A DNA stretch of 64,000 bases from an uncultured Candidatus Rokubacteria bacterium. Its GTDB lineage: Bacteria > Methylomirabilota > Methylomirabilia > Rokubacteriales > CSP1-6. How positions within the stretch are numbered: the first letter of the stretch is position 1; every line of letters starts with the position of its first letter. The position numbers were made by a program, and so were the translations under genes. This document shows, one piece after another, positions 22,428 through 32,082 of this stretch. Where the stretch lies: positions 86,111-150,110 of the forward strand of contig CAWBMV010000020.1 in NCBI GenBank assembly GCA_963789955.1, given 5' to 3'. Under the pieces are notes generated by a model. That model did no database searches. It had not been told where the DNA came from and worked only from the letters and a program-made list of their open reading frames with translations.

Positions 22428-22694
22428 TCAGCGCTTGGGGGCGCGACCCGCTCGGTACGCGGCCGTGCCCGCCCGCACGCCGACGCGGACGCTGCGACTC
22501 AGCAGCGCCGCCTGAGCGACGGCCTCGCGCACGCGCGGCTCGGTGCGGCGGATCATCCGCTCGACCTCGACCCGGGTGCGGCGCTCGAGCCGCCGCATGC
22601 GACGACGCGCCTGACCGGTCGCCCGGTCGGCTTCCGTCTTGAGCGTCTTGAGGTGCTTTTGCAGCGCCTTCATCTGCCGCTCGAGATTGGTCAT
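22428..22694 (-). CDS. small basic helical hypothetical protein
   Basis: 88-aa ORF with GAGG RBS directly after the IOR stop; coiled-coil-like, Arg-rich. Confidence 0.6.
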   Translation of the reverse strand: MTNLERQMKALQKHLKTLKTEADRATGQARRRMRRLERRTRVEVERMIRRTEPRVREAVAQAALLSRSVRVGVRAGTAAYRAGRAPKR

Positions 22695-22702
22695 GGGTTA
22701 CC

Positions 22703-25700
22703 TCAGAAGCCCAGAGCCCGCACTTCGTCGCGGAAGCGCTGGACGTTGCGGAGCTTGATCTCCTCGTAGCCTCGGATCACATCGGGCAGCCCGGCAAGCT
22801 TCACCGCCCGCTCGTAGCTCTCCGGCGAGAGACCGACCAGCGCCTTTTCGACGAGGGCCCGATACTCGCCGACCAGCTGCCGCTCGACCCGGCGCACCGC
22901 GGCGAACCCGAAGGGATCGAGCGGCGTGCCGCGCAGCACCTTCATGCGGGCCAGCACCTTGAAGACCGAGCCGAACCACGGGCCGAGCTTGAGCTTCTCC
23001 TTGAGACCGAAAGCCCGGAGCATCGGCGGGTGGAGATTGTAGGAGAGCTTCACCCCGCCGGGGAACTCCTCGGCCAGTGCGCGGCCGATGTCGGGCTTGA
23101 GCGAGAGGCGCGCCACTTCGTACTCGTCCTTGTAGGCCATCAGCTTGAAGAGATAGCGCGCGACCGCCTCGGCCAGGCGCGACTCTCCCGGCACGGTTGC
23201 GGCTTCGGCCTCGCGCACGCGCCGGACGAACTGAGCGTACGCGCGCGCGTAGCCCGCGCTCTTGTAGGCGATCAGCTCGGGCACGCGGATCTCCAGGAGC
23301 CGCTCGAGCTCGCCCGCGCCGCCGACCGAGTCCACGATGGTGCGTGCCTGCGCCGATAGCTCCGGCGCCGTCGCGATGGCGCCCAGGCGCCGCCGGACCA
23401 CCGTGCGCGCCCACGCTGGATCCGCCACCAGCAGCCGGCCCACGCGGAACGCCTGGCTGTTCATCTGCACGGAGACGCCGTTCAACACGATCGCTTCCTC
23501 GATCGCCGCCTCGCTCACGGGCAAGGCGCCCGCCTGCCAGGCCGCGCCGAGCACGATCATGTTGGCCGCCATGTGGTCGTCGAAGAGCGTCTCGGCCAAT
23601 CCGAGCGCGTCCAGGAAGACGTTCTCGTCCTTGCGGGTCACGCGATTGATCGAGGTGATCGAGTCCGTTGGCCTCGGGGAACTCGACCGCCGTCGACGTC
23701 ACCATCGCGCCGGTCGGCACCTGGCTGGTCGAGACGATCGCGATCGTGCGCTCGGGGCGCGCGTGATCGAGGTTCTGCGGCGAGGTCGCCACGAGGATGT
23801 CGAAGCCGAGATAGCAGTCCGCGGAGCCGGCCGCGATCTTGGACGAGGCCTGCGTGGCCCGGTCGAGGATCTTCAGATGCGAGACCACCGGCCCGCCCTT
23901 CTGGCTCAGACCGGTCTGATCGAGGCCGCGCACGAGCTTGCCGTCGAGGAGCGCGGCGGTGCCCAGGATCTGGTTGACCGTGACGACGCCGGTGCCGCCG
24001 ATGCCCATCATGAAGACGTTGGCCTCGGCCGGGACCTTGGCGTCCGGCTCGGGCAAGGTCCGGTCGACCTTGAAGACCCGGCGCTCCTTCTTTCGCGGAT
24101 CCGCGAGCGGCACCACCGTCAGGAACGACGGGCAGTCACCCTTCAGGCACGAGTAGTCCTTGTTGCAGGACGACTGATGGATCTGCGTCTTGCGCCCGAA
24201 CTCGGTCTCGACCGGATGCACCGACAGGCAGTTGCTCTTCACGCCGCAGTCGCCGCATCCCTCGCAGATCGCCTCGTTGATGAAGACGCGCATCTCGGGA
24301 TCGGGCAGCCGGCCACGCTTGCGCAGGCGCCGCTTCTCGGCGGCGCACCGCTGGTCGTACACGAGGGCCGTGACGCCGGGGATATCGCGCAGCAACCGCT
24401 GAGCCTCGTCGAGCCGATCGCGATGCCACACCTCGACGCCGGACGCCCACGCGGTGCCTTTCGGATACTTGTCGGGCTCGTCGGTCATCACGATGATGCG
24501 CTTGACGCCCTCGGCGGCGATCGAGCGCGTCAGCTCGGGCACCGGCATCGCGCCCGCGGCGTCCTGCCCGCCCGTCATCGCCACCGCCGAGTTGTAGAGG
24601 ATCTTGTAGGTGATGTTGGCGCTCGAGGCGACCGCCTGACGGATCGCCAGGGAGCCGGAGTGGAAGAAGGTGCCGTCGCCGAGGTTCTGGAAGAGATGCT
24701 TCGTCTCGGTGAAGGGCGCGATGCCCACCCACTGCACACCTTCGCCGCCCATGTGCGTGAGCCCCATCGTGCGGCGGTCCATCAAGAGCGCCATGCCGTG
24801 GCAGCCGATGCCCGCGCTGGCCATCGACCCCTCGGGCAGTACGGTCGAGCGGTTGTGCGGGCAGCCCGAGCAGAAGTAGGGCTGACGGCTCAGGGTCAGC
24901 GGCGCGGGCCGCTGGCGCAACGCCTCGAGCAGCGCCACACGCGCGGTGATCGAATCGAGATGGATTCGGCGCTCGAGACGCGAGGCCAGGATCTGGGCGA
25001 TCCGGTCGGCGTCGAGCTCGCTGTCGGCGGGCACGAGCGGACGGCCCTGCTCGTCCTGCTTGCCGACCACCCGGGGGCGCTCGGCCTGGTTATAGAGGAT
25101 GTCGCGGATGAAGAGCTCGCAGAACGCGCGCTTCTCCTCGATGACCAGGAGCTCCTCGAGACCCAGGGCGAACTCGCGGACCGTACCCCGGCTCCATCGG
25201 GAACATCATCTCGATCTGCATCAGACGGATGCCGTACTGCCGGAGCGCCGCGTTGTCGAGCCCGAGCTCGGCGAGCGCCTCGCGCAGGTCGTAGTACGTC
25301 TTGCCGGGCGCCGCGATGCCGAGCCACGCGTTCGGCGTCGGCAACGTGATGCGATTGAGCTTGTTCGCCGCGGCGAACGCCTTCGCCGCCTCGAGCCGCC
25401 CGTAGTGGATCTCGCGCTCGGCCTCGAGCCCCCACGGCGGCATCAAGAGCGGGGTCTGCCGCGCCTGCCAGGGCCGTCCTTCATAGAGGAAGCCCGGATC
25501 GGCGATGACGATACGGTCGGGCGCCACCTCGGCCGTGCCGATCTCGTCGGCCACGTTGGTGACGATCTTGAAGCCGACCCAGAGCCCGGAGTAGCGCGAG
25601 AGCTCGAAGCCGAGCCGGCCGAGGTCGAGGATCTCCTGCGCGCTGCCGGGATAGAGCACCGGGAAGAGCGCGTCGTAGAACGCCACTTCCGAGTGCGACG

Positions 25701-26169
25701 GGATCGTCGATGACTTCGAGAGCGGATCGTCGCCGCCGAGCGCCAGCACGCCGCCGTTGCGCCCGACACCGGCGAAGTTCGCGTGCTTGAAGATGTCGCC
25801 GGTGCGATCGACACCCGGGCCCTTGCCGTACCACATGCCGAGCACGCCGTCGTACTTCGGCTGCGGGAACAGATTGGCGAGCTGGCTGCCGTAGACGGCC
25901 GTCGCGCCGAGGTCCTCGTTGACACCCGAGAGGAAGACGACGTTGTGCTGACGGAGCAGGTCGGGGTTCCGCTCCAGGGTGAGATCCAGTCCGCCCAGCG
26001 GCGAGCCGCGATAGCCGGAGATGAGGGTAGCGGTGTTGAGCCCGCGGCGCTTGTCGGCGCGGTGCTGGTCGAGCGGCAAACGCACCAACGCCTGAATGCC
26101 CGAGAGGAAGATGAGACCTTCCTCCTGGCGGTATTTGGCGTCCAGAGTGAAATCACGCTTGATCGCCAT
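22703..26169 (-). CDS. fused indolepyruvate ferredoxin oxidoreductase family protein (frameshifts near 23650 and 25185)
   Basis: SGYRGSPLGG, NEDLGAT, WYGKGPGVDR, PYFCSGCPHN, GDGTFFHSG, CEGCGDC ferredoxin motif, GIGGTGVVT, KLMAYKDEYEVARL. Confidence 0.92.
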
Positions 26170-26249
26170 GGGTCTCCTCTCGAAGTGACTGCACGTATGA
26201 TACGGGGCGCCACGGGTGGGGCGCAAATCGGTCCGGAGGTGCGAGCGCG

Positions 26250-26672
26250 ATGATCGAGATCAGGCCGTGCCGTCTCGAGGAGTGTGCCGCGGTGCTGGCG
26301 ATGTGGGCGCGCGCGGGCGCGATTCCAAGCCCGACCGACACCCTCGAGGAGGTGAGCCACCTCGTGCGCGAGCACGCCGACTCTCTCCTCGTCGCGATCC
26401 GCCAGGGTTCCATCGTCGGAAGCATCATCGGCGGATGGGACGGCTGGCGCGGCAACATCTATCGCCTGGCGGTCGCCCCGGAGGCCCGGCGGGCCGGGCT
26501 CGCGCGGCGGCTCGTCGACGCCGCCGAGCGCATGCTCGTCTCGAAGGGCGCGCGCCGGTTCTCAGCCCTCGTCGAGCGCCACGAGGCTCACGCGGTCGGT
26601 TTCTGGGACGCCCTCGCGGACCGTGGCTGGCACCGCGACGAGCGCATGATGCGCTACATCAAGATGGCCTAG
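26250..26672 (+). CDS. GNAT family N-acetyltransferase (YpeA-like)
   Basis: GWDGWRGNIYRLAVAPEARRAGLA acetyl-CoA motif A. Confidence 0.88.
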   Translation: MIEIRPCRLEECAAVLAMWARAGAIPSPTDTLEEVSHLVREHADSLLVAIRQGSIVGSIIGGWDGWRGNIYRLAVAPEARRAGLARRLVDAAERMLVSKGARRFSALVERHEAHAVGFWDALADRGWHRDERMMRYIKMA

Positions 26673-26740
26673 CCGGCGGCTGGAAAAGGCCCATCTGCTA
26701 CGTTGGCGCCCTCGTAGCTGGACCTTTTCCAGCCGCCGGC
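26672..26740. terminator. long hairpin between convergent genes
   Basis: Perfect 18-bp arms GCCGGCGGCTGGAAAAGG (26672-26689) / CCTTTTCCAGCCGCCGGC (26723-26740) plus inner GCTACG/CGTAGC stem. Confidence 0.55.
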
Positions 26741-26757
26741 CGGTCTGCAGGCTTCGG

Positions 26758-27228
26758 CTAGGTCGGGCGCCACAGGCCGCGGTGGGCGCCGCGTGCTTCG
26801 CGCTGGAGCTTCATGAAGAGGTCCTGGTGTCGCACGTTCGGCGGGACCGTCATGACCTGGGCATAGCCGAGTCGAAGCAGCTCCGCGTTGACCATCGTGT
26901 TGCCCACCCAGACGTAGGCCAGGAGCCGCCCGTAGCGATCCCGAGTGCGCACGTCCAGCTCGAGACGGACGTGGTGGCCATCGACGAGACGGCGGTTCAC
27001 CTCGGCCGCTTCACGACCGCCCGGCTCTTCGCCCTTGATCGGATGGTGGATCTCCGGAGAGTTGACGCCGATGTAGCGGATCTTCTCCACGCGATCGCCG
27101 AGCTGCACATAGATCGTGTCGCCGTCGACGACCTTGACGACCGTGCCTTCGATCGAACCGGCCGCTGCCGAGCTCGCCGCGAGGAACAGGAGGAGCGGAA
27201 CGAGAAGATGAGCTCGGCGGAGCGCCAC
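26758..27228 (-). CDS. secreted thermonuclease (SNase) family protein
   Basis: Signal peptide; VVDGDTI, RYIGVNSPE, DRYGRLLAYV, NAELLRLGYA, RGLW. Confidence 0.92.
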   Translation of the reverse strand: MALRRAHLLVPLLLFLAASSAAAGSIEGTVVKVVDGDTIYVQLGDRVEKIRYIGVNSPEIHHPIKGEEPGGREAAEVNRRLVDGHHVRLELDVRTRDRYGRLLAYVWVGNTMVNAELLRLGYAQVMTVPPNVRHQDLFMKLQREARGAHRGLWRPT

Positions 27229-27291
27229 GCCGACACGGTGTCACCGCGGGTCGACGGGTGTCAAGAATTGGAGACGGCGAAGCGTGGATTG

Positions 27292-27531
27292 CTACTGGAC
27301 GCGGAACATGGCGTAGCCGAGGGACCTCAACTGCGTGTCGACGAACGGCTGATGGCGGCGATCGCTGCTTCTCCGCTCGCCGGTGTCCCTGTTGGCCTCG
27401 CCCAGGCGACGGTCACGACCGGATCGACGATCCAGGAAGACCTCGACGTTTTCTTCGGCGGCGAACTGCCGTGTGAGGTACTCACACAGGCTGGCCTGGT
27501 CGCGCGCGACGATGAAGTAGTGCCGAGTCAT
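27292..27531 (-). CDS. Arg-repeat microprotein, paralog 2 (79 aa)
   Basis: MTRHYFIVARDQASLCEYL...VEVFLDRRSGRDRR...ERRSSDRR...LRSLGY. Confidence 0.75.
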   Translation of the reverse strand: MTRHYFIVARDQASLCEYLTRQFAAEENVEVFLDRRSGRDRRLGEANRDTGERRSSDRRHQPFVDTQLRSLGYAMFRVQ

Positions 27532-27571
27532 GACTGCCACACGGCAATTTTCCACGAAACGCGCGCGAGGG

Positions 27572-28091
27572 TCAAGGTTGGCGGAGGCGTCCGAGGGCCC
27601 GTCGGGCCTGTCGCGCTTTCTTGGAAAGTCGGCGGGGGTTACCGCGCTTCTCCCGACCCGGCTCATCGTCGGAATCGTCCTTTGAATCGGGCGTATCCGC
27701 GCCCGACGAGCTTTCCGGAACTTCCAGCGCTTCCAGAAATTGCTCGGCCGTCAGCACCGCGCTCCCGGCCCGCCGGGCGGCGTCCTGGACCTTCCGATCC
27801 GAGCTGACGACGACGGCGCCGTTTCGCAGCTGCCGCGCGAGCCGCATCAGCTCATCGTCGGCCGTCAGCGGCGGGCGCGAGAAGACCACACGAATGCGTC
27901 CCGGCGGCGGCGTGCCGCCGGAGAGTCGCGCCCCGTCGAACACGACGGTGAACTCGTCCTTCGGGGCGCGGTCGGCCCGCGCGATGAGAGTGCACGAGCG
28001 CTCGCCGTCCCGCTTCCAGGCTCTCGGCTTCTCGAGCCCGGAGGTCCGGATCGCGTCGGATGAGGTTGTAGCCATCGACGAGCCAGCGCAT
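27572..28091 (-). CDS. YacP/Rae1-like NYN-domain ribonuclease (frameshift near 27990)
   Basis: MRWLVDGYNLI, VVFDG, TADDEL, VVSSDRKVQ acidic NYN motifs. Confidence 0.82.
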
Positions 28092-28132
28092 GAGCCAAGT
28101 ATCCTATTCTCTCCTCCGATACGGAACGATCC

Positions 28133-29311
28133 ATGGACGATCCTTCGCTGATCCTGGTCGGGGGCGGCTCCCTGACGCCCGAGTCCGCGCGGTCCCTTCC
28201 GCCCGGCGGCATCGTCCGATTGATGGTCTATCGACCCTCGATCCCGCCGGTTGACGTGGGTGACGTGGTAGAGGTCATCCCGGGAGCGCGCGGACGCGTC
28301 GGTGACCTCGTGCTCTGTGTCGACGCCGATCGATGTGAGCTCGGACGGGTTATCAGTCATGACGGACCTTCCGTCGTGATCGAAGTCGGCGCGGAGGGGA
28401 TTCGCCACGCGCTCGGCGCCGGTGCCGTCCTCGGTGTCGCGGCGGCTCTCGAGCAGGGCGATCTGCTGTTCGACCTCCAGCGCGGACGCTGGCGCGCGGC
28501 GGGCCGCCTCGCGGCGACCGTCCCGGCCCGGCTCGGCGGCTTCATGACGGCCCTGTCGTGGCTGGAGCGCCTGCGCCGCCCATTGTTCCCGCCGCTCTTC
28601 ATGGGCAGCGAGGCGCAGCTGCTGGAGCGCCTCACCGCCGCCTACGACACTGAGGTCGAGGTCACCGGCCGCGAGACGGCGCTCCTGCCCGAGGAGCAGA
28701 CTTTGCTCGAGCATCATCTACGGCCAGGCCAGCGGCTGCTCGACGTGGGCTGCGGGGCGGGCCGCGAGGCGATCGGCTTCGCGCGCGCAGGGCTATCCGT
28801 CGTCGGGATCGACGTGGCGCCGGCGATGGTGGCCCTGGCGCGCGCGCGGGCGCGGCAGGCGGGACTCACGATCGAGCTCGCAGTTGCCGAGCCTCTGACC
28901 TTGCCCGCGAACTTCGGCCGGTTCGACGCGGTCTACTTCAGCCCGGGGATCTACGCCCACATCCCCAGTCGAGAGCGCCGCGTGCGGACGCTCTCGCGGC
29001 TACGCGAGATGCTCGCCCCAGGCGGGCTGATCGTGGTCGGTCCCGTTCTCGCCCCGACCCTGCGAGCGTTCTCCCGCGCCCGTCTCGTCGACGCGCTCCG
29101 GAGGGTTGGCCGCCGTGCGGGCCTCCACCGGCTGGCCGAGCCAGGCGACCGCTTGTATCGCGGTCACGCGCTCGACCGCGCCGCGACCTCGCACCGCTAC
29201 ATCCACTACTTCAGCACCAGCGAGGAGGCCGAGATGGAGATGGGGGAAGCCGGCCTCGCGGTGACCGAGCGGCTCGACGTGACCTGCTGGATCCTCCGCC
29301 CGCGCAGCTGA
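28133..29311 (+). CDS. degenerate S24/S26-like domain fused to class I SAM-dependent methyltransferase
   Basis: C-half LLDVGCGAGRE, VVGIDVA, FDAV, LAPGG; N-half aligns by eye with the S26 peptidase at 33623-34068. Confidence 0.8.
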   Translation: MDDPSLILVGGGSLTPESARSLPPGGIVRLMVYRPSIPPVDVGDVVEVIPGARGRVGDLVLCVDADRCELGRVISHDGPSVVIEVGAEGIRHALGAGAVLGVAAALEQGDLLFDLQRGRWRAAGRLAATVPARLGGFMTALSWLERLRRPLFPPLFMGSEAQLLERLTAAYDTEVEVTGRETALLPEEQTLLEHHLRPGQRLLDVGCGAGREAIGFARAGLSVVGIDVAPAMVALARARARQAGLTIELAVAEPLTLPANFGRFDAVYFSPGIYAHIPSRERRVRTLSRLREMLAPGGLIVVGPVLAPTLRAFSRARLVDALRRVGRRAGLHRLAEPGDRLYRGHALDRAATSHRYIHYFSTSEEAEMEMGEAGLAVTERLDVTCWILRPRS

Positions 29312-30487
29312 CTAGCGAAGCTGGCGTGCCGCCAGCCAGCACACTCTCAGCGGATGCACGGCGCGATAGAGCGGCACCTGCCACGGCTCGAGCGCGTAGT
29401 GGTGCCTGAGCCACGTGGCCGAGGGAAAGAACGTCCACGCGAAGACCCGCATGACGTCGGACGCGCGGTCCATCAGGAGCGTCTGAGCCGGATAGACGCG
29501 CGTGTCGTCGAGCGCGCCCGCGAGACTCGGTGGCGCGGACGCGCCGATGCGCTCCGCGACCGCCGCGCGGCGCCATCGGCCCCGCTCGAGGCGTTCGAGG
29601 AGCCTGGCAGGGAGCGGCGTGTCGAACGAGCGCGTGACGACACAGAGCGTCCAGCCGATGAGCGTCCGGACGCGCCAGCGGTCGGCCTCCTTCACGAGGA
29701 GGTCCCAGTCGAGCTCAGCGGCAAATCGGCGGACGACCGCATCGATATCGGCGTACCAGAGCGCGCGCGCGAAGTCCGAGCCGAGCGTCAGGTGCAGGAC
29801 GAGGTGCAGCAGCAGATCCTCGGGCGAGAGCATGAGGCTCTGACCCTCGGGCGTGAGGAGCGGCCGGGCCCGACTCCACATCCCCTCGTGGTCGACCTCG
29901 ACGACCCCCTCGAATCGGAGGTAGCGCGCGGCATGCCAGTGGAGATCGATCCGCGTCCCGTCGCGCACGAGCTCTGCGAAGCTCCGCGACTCGCCGAGGA
30001 GATCGGCTCCTTCCCCGGGCGTCCGATATCCGAGGGCCCGCAGCGTGGCGAGCGCGACAGCGCGTTCTGTCGGACGCACGAGGAGGTCGACGTCCGCCAT
30101 CGGTCGGAGACCAGGCTCGGCGTAGACGACATTCGCGAGCGCCATACCCTTGAGGGTGAGTGTCACGACACCCGCCTGGCGAAGCGCCGCGGTCGCTTCG
30201 CCCCAGTGACGCGCGAGCACGGCGTTCGCGGCCCAGACGGCCCGCGCGACCTCGGTCAGACGACGACGCGCCGGAGTCGGCAGGCGATCGAGCAGATCGA
30301 GGCGATGAAGGTGGGAGCGGAGAAGAGGCGCCGTGCCTTCGCGAACCGCGAGCTCGACGAGAGCGGGCCAGTCGACGGCGCCGGACACGAGGGCCGCGAG
30401 CTCGACATCACCCGAGGATTCGACATGGCTGCGCGCGCCCAGGAGCAACAGTCGCGCGTCCGGATAGAGCTCGGCGCGCGGGAGCAT
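29312..30487 (-). CDS. nucleotidyltransferase of the lasso-cluster-associated (NTP_transf_5-like) family
   Basis: LTLKGMALA..VY..PGLRPMADVDLLV, IDLHW, LSPEDLLLHLVLH, WYADID; ATG 30487. Confidence 0.85.
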   Translation of the reverse strand: MLPRAELYPDARLLLLGARSHVESSGDVELAALVSGAVDWPALVELAVREGTAPLLRSHLHRLDLLDRLPTPARRRLTEVARAVWAANAVLARHWGEATAALRQAGVVTLTLKGMALANVVYAEPGLRPMADVDLLVRPTERAVALATLRALGYRTPGEGADLLGESRSFAELVRDGTRIDLHWHAARYLRFEGVVEVDHEGMWSRARPLLTPEGQSLMLSPEDLLLHLVLHLTLGSDFARALWYADIDAVVRRFAAELDWDLLVKEADRWRVRTLIGWTLCVVTRSFDTPLPARLLERLERGRWRRAAVAERIGASAPPSLAGALDDTRVYPAQTLLMDRASDVMRVFAWTFFPSATWLRHHYALEPWQVPLYRAVHPLRVCWLAARQLR

Positions 30488-30492
30488 GCCGC

Positions 30493-30654
30493 CTACGACG
30501 TCGTGCTCGTCCGACTCCCCTTGCCCATACTCGTCCGCTGCGCGTTGCTGCACGTCCCGTTGGTGGCGCGGCAGCACGTGGTCGTGTCGGCGCCGAAGAT
30601 ACTACTCGGCTCGAGCATGGGCTTCTCGTAGGGCCGCTTGTCCTGGGTTGCCAT
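30493..30654 (-). CDS. putative RiPP precursor peptide (53 aa)
   Basis: GGAGGAG RBS; MATQDKRPYEKPMLEPSSIFGADTTTCCRATNGTCSNAQRTSMGKGSRTSTTS with a YxxPxL RRE-binding motif and a Cys/Ser/Thr-rich core; sits between rSAM and nucleotidyltransferase genes. Confidence 0.85.
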   Translation of the reverse strand: MATQDKRPYEKPMLEPSSIFGADTTTCCRATNGTCSNAQRTSMGKGSRTSTTS

Positions 30655-31789
30655 CGTCAGCTCCTCCCGCGGTACGGATCTGGTAAAGACGGCGCTGGGC
30701 GCCGGCAAGCGTGCGCGCCCGCTCGTGGCATTGCTTCCACTCGCCCTCGCCGCGTTCGAGCAGGTTGTCGCCATGGCAGCGGTTGCAGAACCCGACGACC
30801 TCGCAGGAGGAGCACTCCGGCAGGTCGGCGTAGTGCTGGACCGACAGAAGATCCCGGATCGCCGGCGGCGGGGCCGTCCAGAGCTCGCGGAACGGCGTTT
30901 GCCGCACGTTGCCCATGGGGACGCGAAACGCGATGCACGGGAACACGTTGCCGTACGGATCGATGCAGCAGCCATTCGTCGCGGGTCCGCACGTGGCGCG
31001 CTGGCGGGCAACGTCCTCGGGGCGGCCTTCCTGCGGCTCGAGCTGCTCGCTCCACGTCGACTCGCGGAGGTACCGGAGCAGCTCGTCGCCGTCGAGCTGA
31101 TACTCCTGCGGCACGTGACCATCGCGCGGCACAGCGCCGTCGATCCGGGGGCTCACCTCGCAGCTATAGGTGTGAGTGAACACGCCGAGGTCCTTGCCGA
31201 GCCGGTCGAGCTTCGCGAGGCCGTCGATGTTCGGCTTCATCACGACGGTTTTGAGGTAGACGCGCAGGCCGTGGCGCTGCAGGCGCTCGACCGCGGCCAT
31301 GAGCCTCCGGAAGGAGCCCGGCACGCGGGTGATCGCATCGTGCACCGCCGGATCCGCGGAGAAGATCGACAGCTCGACGGTCAAGGGCTCGAGCGCCGCC
31401 AGCCGCTCGACCTTCGCCTCTGTGAGGCCGATCCCGTTGGTGAAGATCCGGTACGCGAAGCCGCGCCGGCGCGCATGCTCGGCAATGTCGAAGAAGTCGG
31501 GCCGTACCATGACCTCGCCGCCCGAGAGCGTCAGATAAAGCCCGCCCATGCCGGCCAACTCGTCGAGGAGCCTGCGGATCTCGTCGAGCGTGAGCTCGTG
31601 GCGGCGCACCTCCTGCTCGCGACCGTGCTCGACCACGCAGTAGCAATGGACGCACTGCTCGTTGCACCGGTAGGTGAGCTCGAGATGGACGTTGAGGGGC
31701 GTCCGATTCCGGTCCGCCTTGGCGCTGATCAGCGCCATCAGCGAGGCATCGCCGAGTCCCGCGTTCTGAGCGCAGCCTTCGAAGATCAT
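30602..31789 (-). CDS. radical SAM/SPASM peptide maturase
   Basis: ELTYRCNEQCVHC (CxxxCxxC), SGGE, TNG; SPASM C..ATNGCCIDPYGNVFPC...CSSCEVVGFCNRC; ATGA overlap with the PqqD gene. Confidence 0.92.
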   Translation of the reverse strand: MIFEGCAQNAGLGDASLMALISAKADRNRTPLNVHLELTYRCNEQCVHCYCVVEHGREQEVRRHELTLDEIRRLLDELAGMGGLYLTLSGGEVMVRPDFFDIAEHARRRGFAYRIFTNGIGLTEAKVERLAALEPLTVELSIFSADPAVHDAITRVPGSFRRLMAAVERLQRHGLRVYLKTVVMKPNIDGLAKLDRLGKDLGVFTHTYSCEVSPRIDGAVPRDGHVPQEYQLDGDELLRYLRESTWSEQLEPQEGRPEDVARQRATCGPATNGCCIDPYGNVFPCIAFRVPMGNVRQTPFRELWTAPPPAIRDLLSVQHYADLPECSSCEVVGFCNRCHGDNLLERGEGEWKQCHERARTLAGAQRRLYQIRTAGGADDGNPGQAALREAHARAE

Positions 31790-32082
31790 CGGCTCTCTCC
31801 CTTGCGCCGGCGCTCGATGGAGACCAGCTTGGCGTCGGCGAGCCGTTCGAGGAACTCGATCGCGTCGGCACGAATCGTCGGCTCGGGCGCTTCGAACTCG
31901 GCCGCGAGCACGCCGACGATCTCGTCCACGCTCCGCGCGCCGTCGCACAGATCCCAGATCCGCGCACCGACGCTGTTGAGAGGGTAAAGCAATCCGCCTT
32001 TGACGTCTACGACGAGAGCCTCCGTGTCGAGCGTCCGCCACGGCACCGATTTGCGCACGGGAAACGCGTCAGTCCCGTCCAT
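31786..32082 (-). CDS. PqqD family RiPP recognition element (RRE)
   Basis: LNSVGARIWDLCDGARSVDEIV..L..EF.....IRADAIEFLERL. Confidence 0.92.
   Translation of the reverse strand: MDGTDAFPVRKSVPWRTLDTEALVVDVKGGLLYPLNSVGARIWDLCDGARSVDEIVGVLAAEFEAPEPTIRADAIEFLERLADAKLVSIERRRKGESR

Noticed and set aside
26758..28091. Thermonuclease and NYN nuclease as an anti-phage or toxin-antitoxin module
   Set aside because: The SNase is a secreted type with its own promoter, and the NYN protein is YacP/Rae1-like; no cognate antitoxin, ATPase or other defence genes are adjacent.
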